The notes beneath the pieces were generated by a model, which was not told the DNA's origin, made no database searches, and worked only from the letters and a program-made list of their open reading frames with translations. From assembly GCA_964570325.1 (NCBI GenBank), contig CAZMXS010000009.1, positions 29,894 through 93,893 on the forward strand: a stretch of 64,000 nt of DNA, read 5' to 3'. The position numbers were made by a program, and so were the translations under genes. This document shows, piece by piece, positions 51,757 to 60,707 of this stretch (position 1 is the stretch's first letter; every line of letters starts with the position of its first letter). The DNA comes from an uncultured Verrucomicrobiota bacterium. GTDB taxonomy: Bacteria; Verrucomicrobiota; Kiritimatiellia; CAIQIC01; CAZMXS01.

Positions 51757-51799
51757 CCGTTATCCTCCCTCCGCCGGTTTGAAGCGGTGGAGATAACGG
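51757..51799 (+). promoter_or_regulatory. Hairpin predicted to sequester the ribosome-binding site of the methyltransferase gene
   Basis: CCGTTATC CTCCCTCCGC cggtttgaa GCGGTGGAG GATAACGG, ending 1 nt before the ATG at 51801. The CCTCC-containing arm pairs with GGTGGAG. Confidence 0.45.
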
Positions 51800-51800
51800 C

Positions 51801-52589
51801 ATGGCGCACAATACAGATGCGGATTGGGAACAATTTGGGCAAGAAGACCCCTATTATGGGGTTTTAAGCCATGACAAGTATCGGCAGGGCAATCTGACGG
51901 AAGCGGCATTGCGCGATTTTTTCGAAAGCGGCCGTCAGCACATTGATTTTGTGTTCAAAACGATTCGCGCCCATGTGGATCCCGCCTTCAGGCCGGACTG
52001 CGCCCTTGATTTCGGTTGTGGGGTGGGGCGGTGCTTGGTTTCCCTGTCCGCGCAATGCCGGGCGGTGACGGGGATAGATGTCTCCGATGCCATGTTGCAG
52101 GAGGCCCGGCAAAACTGCGCGAAGTTCGGGCTGGCCAATATCGAACTGGTAAAATCCGACGATCAGCTTTCCGCCCTGACGACGGCTTACGACCTGATCC
52201 ATTCCATCTTGGTGTTTCAGCACATCCCGCCGGCGCGCGCGGTCGGAATTTTTGAGCGTTTGGTCGGCCGGCTCAATGATGGGGGGGTGGGAGTGATCCA
52301 GTTCCCTTATTTCCGCGATGTGCCCGCGACGGTGCGGCTGCTGGGCGCCTTGCGTAAACGCGTGCCGCTGGTCAACAACCTCGCCAACCTGGTCTATGGC
52401 AAACCGTTCAACGAGCCGCTAATGGAAAAAAATGTTTATGATATTGGCCGCCTGCTGGTTATCCTGCAGCGCAACCGGTGCGGTAATGTGCATCTGGAGT
52501 TCCAGGGCCGCGGTGACCTGCTCAACGTCATCCTGTTCTTTCAAAAGATCAAGGACTGGGTCGCGTATGAACCGTTTCTCGAAGGGTGA
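51801..52589 (+). CDS. Class I SAM-dependent methyltransferase
   Basis: LDFGCGVGR motif I and a downstream DLIHSILVFQH motif. Confidence 0.8.
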   Translation: MAHNTDADWEQFGQEDPYYGVLSHDKYRQGNLTEAALRDFFESGRQHIDFVFKTIRAHVDPAFRPDCALDFGCGVGRCLVSLSAQCRAVTGIDVSDAMLQEARQNCAKFGLANIELVKSDDQLSALTTAYDLIHSILVFQHIPPARAVGIFERLVGRLNDGGVGVIQFPYFRDVPATVRLLGALRKRVPLVNNLANLVYGKPFNEPLMEKNVYDIGRLLVILQRNRCGNVHLEFQGRGDLLNVILFFQKIKDWVAYEPFLEG

Positions 52590-52604
52590 ATGGTAAAAGG
52601 CAAA

Positions 52605-52646
52605 CCGGAAGGATGAATTGGAAACTTGAGACCTGAAATTTGAATG
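52605..52646. repeat. Heptamer array (degenerate NNGRRRN x6)
   Basis: CCGGAAG GATGAAT TGGAAAC TTGAGAC CTGAAAT TTGAATG. Confidence 0.6.
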
Positions 52647-52693
52647 GGGAAGAGTTTTCAGATGCAAAAATCGTTTGCGGCGGAGCGTGAAAT

Positions 52694-53716
52694 ATGGCCA
52701 TTAAACGAAAAAAAATGACGGGACAGGAATTGAATGCCGGCCGGTTGACCTATCTGGTGACCGGCGGGGCGGGCTTCATTGGATCGCACCTGGCCGAGCG
52801 GCTGCTGAACCGCGGGCATCGGGTATTGGCGGTGGACGACCTGTCCACGGGGTCCATGAACAACATCCGTCATCTGCTTAAAAAACCGGGCTTCCACTTC
52901 AGCCGTTCCAGTATCATGTCCGAGGTGGTGCTGGACCGCCTTGCTTCGGAAGCGCAGATCATCGTCCACCTCGCCGCCATGGTTGGCGTGGAGCGGATCA
53001 TCAGCAAGCCGGTGGAAACCATTGAAACCAACGTGCGCGGGACCGAGGTGGTCCTGGACGCCGCCTTGCGTTATGGGTGCCGCGTGATGATTGCCAGCAC
53101 CTCGGAAGTTTACGGCAAGGGCGCCAAGATCCCCTTTAACGAGAACGACGACGTTTTGCTTGGGCCCACCTGCAAGAACCGCTGGAGCTACGCCGCCAGC
53201 AAGATGGTGGATGAGTTTCTCGGGCTGGCATATCAGCACGAATACGGGCTGCCGGTGGTCATCCTGCGGTTTTTTAACACGGTCGGCCCGCGCCAGACCG
53301 GCCAGTATGGCATGGTGATCCCGCGCCTGATCGGCCAGGCCCTGCGCGGCGAGCCCATGACGGTTTACGGCGATGGCCGGCAGTCGCGCTGCTTCTGTGA
53401 TGTCAGCGACGTGGTCCGCGCGATTGTGGCGCTTTCGACCCATCCTGACGCCGCCGGTCGCGTGATCAATATCGGATCGCGCGAGGAGATTTCCATTCTC
53501 GAACTGGCCCGGAAGATCAAGGCGCTGACCCGGAGCCGTTCGCCGATCCAACTGATTCCTTATGAAAAGGCGTATGCGCCCGGTTTCGAGGATATGGAAC
53601 GGCGCGTGCCCGACACCGCCCTGGTCCGGCGCCTGATCGGTTGGGAACCGGAAATCCCGCTGGCGGAAACCTTGGTGCGCGTGCGGGACCAGATCCAGGC
53701 GGATATGAAGCGGTGA
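52694..53716 (+). CDS. SDR-family NAD-dependent sugar-nucleotide epimerase/decarboxylase (ArnA-C/UXS-like)
   Basis: VTGGAGFIGSHL, STSEVYG and YAASK motifs. RWSYAASKMVDEF resembles ArnA decarboxylase RWIYSVSKQLLD. Confidence 0.8.
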   Translation: MAIKRKKMTGQELNAGRLTYLVTGGAGFIGSHLAERLLNRGHRVLAVDDLSTGSMNNIRHLLKKPGFHFSRSSIMSEVVLDRLASEAQIIVHLAAMVGVERIISKPVETIETNVRGTEVVLDAALRYGCRVMIASTSEVYGKGAKIPFNENDDVLLGPTCKNRWSYAASKMVDEFLGLAYQHEYGLPVVILRFFNTVGPRQTGQYGMVIPRLIGQALRGEPMTVYGDGRQSRCFCDVSDVVRAIVALSTHPDAAGRVINIGSREEISILELARKIKALTRSRSPIQLIPYEKAYAPGFEDMERRVPDTALVRRLIGWEPEIPLAETLVRVRDQIQADMKR

Positions 53717-53737
53717 TTAAGGAGCAGTATTCAGTAA

Positions 53738-53767
53738 CCGGTGATCGCTGATCGCTGACGACTGATT
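53738..53767. repeat. Heptamer array
   Basis: CCGGTGA TCGCTGA TCGCTGA CGACTGA TT. TGA x4 in all frames, between two genes of the same strand. Confidence 0.8.
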
Positions 53768-53778
53768 ATTGTCTCAAT

Positions 53779-56346
53779 ATGTCAGCTTGGAAGACCATCG
53801 TTATTTCTTTATTGCTGACCTTGCTGGTTTGGGTGTGCTTCTCCTGGCCGCTGCCGCGCTATGTGGCTGCCGGCATCCCGTCCTCCTCAACTAATTTGGA
53901 AAAAGGCGGGGTGCGGGCCATGTTTCAGGGTGATCATCTCCAGTTGCTTTACAATTACTGGATATTCGCTGACATGCTGGCCGGCCAGACGCCCTGGTTT
54001 CACAATGTCTATGAGTTCAACACCGGCGATGACGCCGCCCGGCGGCAGGGGGGGAGCTACAATGTTCCTTTCTCGCTGGTGTTCGCGGCCGGCTATGCCG
54101 TGGGCGGACGCGCATTTGGTTGGAACTTGGCCGCGTTCTTTTCGCTTTGGATCACGCATCTGTTCACCTGGTGGCTGCTGCGCAACTACACGCGGCGCGA
54201 CGCGGTGGCCGCATGGATGGCGCTGATAGCGGTGGCTTTGCCCTACCGTTGGGCTATGCAATTGGGCGGCAGCCCCGCCGGTCCGGCAATGGCCTGGGTG
54301 CCGTTCCTGCTGCTTGGGCTGGAGGCGCTGTTCCGCCGCTCCAGTATCAGGGGCGGCTGCGTCGCCGCGCTCGCGATCCTCTTTTCCTGGTGGAATGACA
54401 GCCACGTATTTCTCTTTAACGTGCTGCTGCTGCCCGCCTGGAGCCTGTTGGTGCTGGTCCAGCGCGAGCGGCCGCTATGGCGCGAGCGCCGTGAGTGGGC
54501 GCGCCTCGCGGTGGCGCTGTTGCCGCTGGCGATGGTGACGGGGGCGGTGGTGCTCGCCAGCCTCATCGAGCTTCGCGCGGCCGCGGCCGCCACAAATATC
54601 GGCACGGGTCGGACATGGCGGGAGATCGCGCTTTTCTCGCCGCGGCCGGCGGGGTTGCTGGCCTGGCGCGCGGCCGGCAACGATAACGCGGCCTACGTGG
54701 GCTACGTGGCGCCGGTGCTGATCGCGGTTGGCCTGCTTGTCCAACTGGCGCGATTCAGGCGCGCTCCGCGCGCCGAATGGCGCGCGACCGTTGTCATGCT
54801 GATGCTGGTTGCCGGCATGCTGCTGCTCGTCGCGCTGGCGCTTGGCGCATACGGGCCGGGCGAGGGCCGCCTGTTCGCCATCGCGCGCAAGTTGGTTCCG
54901 CCGCTCAACAAGGTGCGCCAACCCGCCAAGCTGCTGATCCTCCTGCCCCCGTTGCTGGCGGTCGGCGCGGCCTTCGCGCTGGATCGAATTCTGAACTTAT
55001 GGCGCGGCCGGTTCGCGCCGGGCTTGCGGGGGGCAAATTGGGGTGAGGGTTTGTGGCCGGCCGTTGTGGTAGCCCTGCTTTTTTTGATTGAGTATGACTT
55101 CCAGGTGCGCCCGACCATCTGCCTTTTGGATACGCAGCAGGCGGCCTATGCGGCGGTCGCGGCGGATGCCGCGCGGGCCGGCCGGGTTCCGCGCGCGGTG
55201 ATCGTTCCCCTCTGGCCGGGCGATTCATCGTGGGCCTCGCTCTACGAACATTATGTGTCGCTCTACCGCATCCGGATGCTCAACGGTTACCGGCCGGTGG
55301 TGGCGCGCGATTACATTACCAATGTCTTTGAGCGTTTCGGTTACATCAATCTGGGCGAATTGCCCGACGACCGGCTCGATGAACTGCGCGCCCGCGGATT
55401 TGATTACATCATCCTGCATGAGGATGCGTTCCCCGAAAAGGTCAGTCCGTTTCCGGTGGCTTTCACCTTGCGGCGGTTGTTGGAGCATCCCCGCCTGGAC
55501 TTGCTCCGGCAGGCGGAAAATGTCTGGGCGTTCAAGATTCGCGATCAACCGGTCGAAAAAGCAACGCCCGTCGGCGACTGGAACGTGTTCTTCCCGGGCG
55601 GGCCTTACGAATTGGATACGCCGCTGCCCGCCGATTGCGTCGTGGCGGGCGATGCCACGGCGACCGGCGACCGCTATGCGCGCCTGACGCCGGAAGCCGG
55701 CGCGTTGCCGCTGCGCAAAATGATCCATTGGAACGCGCCGGACCCCGCGCTGCTTTTCCGGGCGCGCGGCCACGGCGAATTGAAGATCAAGTTTCTTTAT
55801 GACTCCGGCGCGGTGGCGACCCAGTGGCTCGAGCTGGCCACGGATCGCTGGGACTGGCGGCGGGTGGACTTGCCCGCGCCGGTGTCCGGGCGCTGGGTGA
55901 CGATCCAGGCGGCGTGCAAGACGGGCGCGGTTGACTTGGACGCGATGATCTATGTCTCTGGCGCGTTGCCCGATCTGGCGCCGGGGGCCGGTTGCCGGCT
56001 GCCCGCTCCGCTTTTTTATCACGCCGGTTATACCGACCTGGCCGGCCATGGCGTTTGTTTCCGGTCGCGCAATGAGCCGGATGCGGGGATATTTTACGGT
56101 CCGCGCCTGCCGTTGCCCGCCGGGCGTTATCAGTTGGAATTGGAATATGAATCGCCCGCGCCCGCCGGCACCGTGTTGGGCCGGTTGGCGCTTGACGGGG
56201 GCCGATCCGTGCCCGTGGCGGCCGGGGGCGCCGCCGTCCTGGAATATACGGCGCTGGCGGGCGACCCGCCGCTGAACCTGGTTTTCTCCTATACGCGCGC
56301 CGCGGATATGGTGATCCGCGGCGTTACCATCACAAGGATCGAATAA
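53779..56346 (+). CDS. Large polytopic membrane protein with C-terminal soluble domain (putative GT-C-type glycosyltransferase)
   Basis: 855 aa, more than 10 TM segments followed by about 400 aa of soluble sequence. First gene of a coupled operon. Family not recognised. Confidence 0.6.
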   Translation: MSAWKTIVISLLLTLLVWVCFSWPLPRYVAAGIPSSSTNLEKGGVRAMFQGDHLQLLYNYWIFADMLAGQTPWFHNVYEFNTGDDAARRQGGSYNVPFSLVFAAGYAVGGRAFGWNLAAFFSLWITHLFTWWLLRNYTRRDAVAAWMALIAVALPYRWAMQLGGSPAGPAMAWVPFLLLGLEALFRRSSIRGGCVAALAILFSWWNDSHVFLFNVLLLPAWSLLVLVQRERPLWRERREWARLAVALLPLAMVTGAVVLASLIELRAAAAATNIGTGRTWREIALFSPRPAGLLAWRAAGNDNAAYVGYVAPVLIAVGLLVQLARFRRAPRAEWRATVVMLMLVAGMLLLVALALGAYGPGEGRLFAIARKLVPPLNKVRQPAKLLILLPPLLAVGAAFALDRILNLWRGRFAPGLRGANWGEGLWPAVVVALLFLIEYDFQVRPTICLLDTQQAAYAAVAADAARAGRVPRAVIVPLWPGDSSWASLYEHYVSLYRIRMLNGYRPVVARDYITNVFERFGYINLGELPDDRLDELRARGFDYIILHEDAFPEKVSPFPVAFTLRRLLEHPRLDLLRQAENVWAFKIRDQPVEKATPVGDWNVFFPGGPYELDTPLPADCVVAGDATATGDRYARLTPEAGALPLRKMIHWNAPDPALLFRARGHGELKIKFLYDSGAVATQWLELATDRWDWRRVDLPAPVSGRWVTIQAACKTGAVDLDAMIYVSGALPDLAPGAGCRLPAPLFYHAGYTDLAGHGVCFRSRNEPDAGIFYGPRLPLPAGRYQLELEYESPAPAGTVLGRLALDGGRSVPVAAGGAAVLEYTALAGDPPLNLVFSYTRAADMVIRGVTITRIE

Positions 56347-57644
56347 TGGTGCCGCCTCGTTTGTGCCGGTTGGTGTTCGCGTTGCTGGACGGGTTGTTCC
56401 TGGTCATGCTGGCGATTTCGGCGCTGGCGTGGCTGCTGGATCCGCTGAAGTTGCCGGCCGGCGCGCGGGTCTGGGAGGTCGAGCCGTCCGCGCCGGTGCT
56501 GGTGATCCCGTTGATCCTGCTGCTGCTGCGGTTGGCGCTCAAGGTGTTCTGCGCGCGCGACACGCCCGTCCGCGGTCTTTGGGAGATCGCCATCGTGCGC
56601 AAGGCGGCGCTGGCGGTTGGCGGCACCTGGCTCTTTTTTTTGGCGTGGGAGGGGGTGCTGGCCGCGCTGAAGTTCGAGGCGCCGCTGCCGCCGGTGGTCA
56701 TTCGCGGGGAACATTCCACCAACGAGTTTAGCGAAGCGTTGATTCCCGATCCGGATCTGATCTGGAAGTTCAATCCCGGCAAGGATTTCAAGGGCCGCCG
56801 CGTGAACGCCATGGGTTTCCTGGACCGCGAAGTGAATCCGGTCAAGGCGCCCGGCGCCATCCGCGTGATCTGTCTGGGCGACTCCTGCACGGGCCAGGGG
56901 ATCCCGCCATATTCCGGGCTCCTGCACCAGCGCCTGACGAATTCCCCGCCGACCGCTGCCGCATGGGAAGCGTTCAACATGGCCGTGCATGGCTATTCCG
57001 TTGTGCAGGGCTTGCGGCTGTTCCAATTGCGCGGGCGCGCGCTGCAGCCGGATATTGTGACCATCTATTACGGCTGGAATGATCATTGGATTGACCGCCA
57101 GCCGGACCGCCGGCGGGTGGTGCTGGCCATGCCGCAACTGGCGGCCCGGGTTTATGTCAAGCTGGCGCGCAAACGCTTCTTTCAAATGCTGGTCTGGCTG
57201 GCCGGCGGCACGCGCCGGCCGTCGGACGACAAGCGCACGTGGGGCTACCGGGTGCCGCAGGACGATTACCTGAAGTCGCTGGCCGAACTCGCGCGCGAGA
57301 TTCGCGCCGCGGGCGCGGTGCCGTTGATTATCACCGCGCCGCGTGCGGAACGGTTGACGCCCTTGCTGGTGCGGAACAACCAGGCCCGGACCCTCGATGA
57401 AGCGATGATGACCCACGATATGTACAACGACCTGGCCCGCGAGACGGCGCGCAACCACGCCATCCCCATTCTGGACCTGGCCGCGATGTTCCGCGCCACG
57501 GAATGCGCGCCATTGTTTTCGGATGACGGCATCCATTTCAAGGATGAAGGCCGTGCCCGGATCGCGGCGGAGATTGACCGGAAAATCCGGGAGATTGTCA
57601 AAACCCAGGAGTGGGCGACGCGCAGGCGGAAACCCGAAGGATGA
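56346..57644 (+). CDS. Membrane-anchored SGNH/GDSL hydrolase-family protein (possible O-acetyl-transferase/esterase)
   Basis: Block I CLGDSCT (GDS), block III GWND, block V DDGIHF (DxxH). N-terminal TM segments. TAATG coupling. Confidence 0.7.
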   Translation: MVPPRLCRLVFALLDGLFLVMLAISALAWLLDPLKLPAGARVWEVEPSAPVLVIPLILLLLRLALKVFCARDTPVRGLWEIAIVRKAALAVGGTWLFFLAWEGVLAALKFEAPLPPVVIRGEHSTNEFSEALIPDPDLIWKFNPGKDFKGRRVNAMGFLDREVNPVKAPGAIRVICLGDSCTGQGIPPYSGLLHQRLTNSPPTAAAWEAFNMAVHGYSVVQGLRLFQLRGRALQPDIVTIYYGWNDHWIDRQPDRRRVVLAMPQLAARVYVKLARKRFFQMLVWLAGGTRRPSDDKRTWGYRVPQDDYLKSLAELAREIRAAGAVPLIITAPRAERLTPLLVRNNQARTLDEAMMTHDMYNDLARETARNHAIPILDLAAMFRATECAPLFSDDGIHFKDEGRARIAAEIDRKIREIVKTQEWATRRRKPEG

Positions 57645-57668
57645 AGCCAGAAACCGGAAAATGGGAGC
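57627..57668. repeat. Heptamer array (degenerate NNGRARN x6)
   Basis: CGGAAAC CCGAAGG ATGAAGC CAGAAAC CGGAAAA TGGGAGC. Contains the SGNH gene stop. Confidence 0.5.
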
Positions 57669-57759
57669 GGCGCATGCACCGGGTGCGGGCGCCGGACCAT
57701 GCTTGTCATCCTGAGGGGCGCGTCAGCGCCAATGGGCCATTGGCAATTGGAATGGGGCC

Positions 57760-59097
57760 ATGACTTCGGTCTGTTTGCGTTTGATCAACGAGGTGGTGAC
57801 TCCCGGCCTTTGCACCGGCTGCGGCGCGTGCGTGGCGCTCGATCCTGCCGGCGCATCACGCATGGCGGATTCCGATTTCGGGCCCCAGCCTTGTTTTGCC
57901 GATTCCACGGCGTTGCCGGAGTTGGCGTGGACGGTTTGTCCGGGCAAGGGATACGCCTTGCCGGAGTTGTACCGCGGCCATTATGGGCGCCTGCCGGAAA
58001 ACTGGTTGCTCGGTCCCTTTGTCGCGGTGCGCACGGGCCATGCGTCCGATCCGGCGGTCCGGCGCGCGGGCGCGTCGGGCGGCGTGTTGACGGCCGTGCT
58101 GCTGCATCTGCTGGAGACCGGCCGAATAGATGCCGCAGTCGTGGCGCGGCAAGGCGTGCCGACCCCGGAGCGGGCGCGCGCGGTGGTCGCGCGAACCCCG
58201 GACGAAATTCGCGCCGCGGCGGGATCGGTTTATATCCCGGTGGCGATGCTGGATCGGCTGCCGCAACTGGAGCCGGGCGGTCGCTATGCCATCACCTGTC
58301 TGCCCGATCAGGCGGCGGCCCTGCGCCTGCTCCAACAGGCCGGGCATGAACCGGCCCGGCGGGTGCGTTATGTATTGGGGCCTTACACGGGCACGGCGTT
58401 GTACCCCGCGGCGATCCGCGCCTTTTTGCGGGCAAAAGGGGTGCCCCCCGACGATGCCATCGTCTCCTTGCAATGGCGCGCGGGCGAGTGGCCGGGACAT
58501 TTGGAAATCCATACCGCCGCGGGGCGGCGCATTGAGGAGCCCAAGTTTTATTACAATTACCTGATTCCGTTCTTCATCACGCAGGCCAGTCTGCGGTCCA
58601 TGGATTTCACCAATGAGTTCTGCGACCTTTCCGCCGGCGATGCCTGGTCGCCGCGCTTCGAGGCGCGGCGCGGCGGATTCAACGTCTTCACCACGCGCAC
58701 GGCGGAGATGGAGGACATCATTCGCGAAATGGAGGCGCGCGGGCGGCTGGTTTGCCAGATCGAGGATCCGGTTCGGTCTCTGGAAATGCACGGGCACATG
58801 CTGGATTTCAAGAAGCGCGGCGGTTATATTCGCAACCGGACGCGGCGGCGGCGCGGCCGGCCCGCGCCGGATTACGGCTTGCGGCCGGAACCTTTGCCGG
58901 CGTCGCGCCGGATGGTGGAGGCGGTGATTGGCGCCTTGTTTGGCGTATGCCGGACACGGCCGGCGCGCGCGCTGGCCGCGCGGCTGCCGGTTCCAATCAT
59001 TGGAAGAATATTCAACATTTTGCGCAAGGGTTGGAAAGCGGTCAGCAAGCCGGCCAAGCGCAAAGGCTTGCGGCATTTGGTGATGGTGATTGAATAA
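57760..59097 (+). CDS. Coenzyme F420 hydrogenase/dehydrogenase beta-subunit (FrhB/FdhB)-family protein
   Basis: N-terminal LCTGCGACV, and GASGGVLTA and SAGDAWSP regions typical of FrhB_FdhB N and C domains. Confidence 0.65.
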   Translation: MTSVCLRLINEVVTPGLCTGCGACVALDPAGASRMADSDFGPQPCFADSTALPELAWTVCPGKGYALPELYRGHYGRLPENWLLGPFVAVRTGHASDPAVRRAGASGGVLTAVLLHLLETGRIDAAVVARQGVPTPERARAVVARTPDEIRAAAGSVYIPVAMLDRLPQLEPGGRYAITCLPDQAAALRLLQQAGHEPARRVRYVLGPYTGTALYPAAIRAFLRAKGVPPDDAIVSLQWRAGEWPGHLEIHTAAGRRIEEPKFYYNYLIPFFITQASLRSMDFTNEFCDLSAGDAWSPRFEARRGGFNVFTTRTAEMEDIIREMEARGRLVCQIEDPVRSLEMHGHMLDFKKRGGYIRNRTRRRRGRPAPDYGLRPEPLPASRRMVEAVIGALFGVCRTRPARALAARLPVPIIGRIFNILRKGWKAVSKPAKRKGLRHLVMVIE

Positions 59098-60707
59098 TGG
59101 AGACGCTGTCCCGTCATTTGGGTGTGCTGGCCCGGCGCGCGACGCCGCGCATATTGAGCCAGGCCTGCCGCGACCCGAACTCGGCCGCGTACGGCTGTTT
59201 CGATCGCGACTGGTGGCACTACAAGATACGCGATTTCCCTTCGATCATTCTGCAGCAGGGCGGCTATACCGCCTGGCTTGCCGCGCGGCTGCCGGATTTC
59301 CAAGGCCAGCGGTCGTTTCTGGACCAGCTCGCCGCGGCGGCGTGCCGGTTCTGGAACCGGCGGGCCGCGCGGGCCGGGGCGTTCGAAGAATACTATCCGT
59401 GGGAGGCGGGATACCCGCCGCTGGCGTTCAGCACGCTGGCCGTGATGAAGCTGGCGGCCGCCGGCGTTGTGGCGCCGGCCGAAATCGAGACCGGCGCGCG
59501 CGTGGCCGCCGTGCAGTTGCGCGGCCGGATCGAAACGCAGGCGGGCAACCAACAAGTGGCTGGGTTGGCGGCGGCCGCCTGGTTGCGCCGGGTGTTCCCC
59601 GCCTTGATGGATGATGCCGCCTTCGAAAAAATGCGCGTGGAAACCATGAATCGGCAGCATCGGGAGGGCTGGTTTTTCGAGTATGGCGGACCGGACACCG
59701 GCTACCTTTCCGTGGCGTTGGATTGCCTTTGGGATTTGTACGACGCCACCGGCGACGAACGGTTTATTGATTCCGCCGGGCGCGCGTTCGACTGGCTGGC
59801 GGATGTCGTGCTGATGGCGGGCGGCAGTCCCGGCATGCACAATGCCCGCAATACGGATTACGTCCTGCCTTACGGCATTGCCCGCTTCGCGCGCGAGCGC
59901 GAGTTCGAGCGGCCGCGCGCGCTGGCCCTCTTGAAATTGCTGTACCAGGGGGTGGACGACCCGGCGCATTTCTTCCATGCCGTGGATGATCGCTACCTTT
60001 GCCACTACACCGGCCACTCGCTGCTGCGGGCGGTGGCTTTGATCCAGGAAATGGCGGGCGCCGACGCGTTCAAAGACATCCGGCCGGATCCCGGTCCGTT
60101 GCGCGAGGAGGCGGCGTTTGAGGGGTGTGGCATTTTCCTGGCGGCGCGCCGCAACACGCGGTTCATCCTGGCCGCTCACAAGGGCGGGGTTTTTACATTG
60201 CGGAATGGGCGCGCATACGCATCCGATTATGGCTGGCGGGTGCGCGTCGGGCGCCGGCATTGGGTCAGCCATTGGTGGGATGCCGCGCGGTGGAAAGTGA
60301 CCCGTGAGGAGAACTCGTGGACCATCAGCGGCCGGCTGGCTCCGGTGGCGGAACTGATCAGCACGCCGGGTCGGCATCTGCTGCTTCGGCTCTTGAGCCG
60401 GTGGTGGGGTCCGCGTATCATCCGCCGGCTGAAAAATCGCATGATTTTTACGCGCGGCCGCGATCGTTTCGAGTTTCAACGCGTAATTGAGCTGGAGGGC
60501 GCGGTGGTCCGCGTGGTGGATCGGATGGCCGGCGTGCCGGACGCCGCGGAAATCACGCCGGCGCCGCGCGCTTCCGCCCGCCATGTGGCCAGCGCGGACA
60601 GCTACCATGCGGAGGATGCGCGGCTCATGGCCGGGTTTGTGATGGAGCGGCAGACGCGGCGGGGCGGGGGAGTGTTTCACGCGGAAACGGTGTATCAGAC
60701 GGAATGA
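59097..60707 (+). CDS. Hypothetical protein (no family recognised)
   Basis: 536-aa ORF translationally coupled on both sides (TAATG, ATGA). Confidence 0.55.
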   Translation: METLSRHLGVLARRATPRILSQACRDPNSAAYGCFDRDWWHYKIRDFPSIILQQGGYTAWLAARLPDFQGQRSFLDQLAAAACRFWNRRAARAGAFEEYYPWEAGYPPLAFSTLAVMKLAAAGVVAPAEIETGARVAAVQLRGRIETQAGNQQVAGLAAAAWLRRVFPALMDDAAFEKMRVETMNRQHREGWFFEYGGPDTGYLSVALDCLWDLYDATGDERFIDSAGRAFDWLADVVLMAGGSPGMHNARNTDYVLPYGIARFAREREFERPRALALLKLLYQGVDDPAHFFHAVDDRYLCHYTGHSLLRAVALIQEMAGADAFKDIRPDPGPLREEAAFEGCGIFLAARRNTRFILAAHKGGVFTLRNGRAYASDYGWRVRVGRRHWVSHWWDAARWKVTREENSWTISGRLAPVAELISTPGRHLLLRLLSRWWGPRIIRRLKNRMIFTRGRDRFEFQRVIELEGAVVRVVDRMAGVPDAAEITPAPRASARHVASADSYHAEDARLMAGFVMERQTRRGGGVFHAETVYQTE

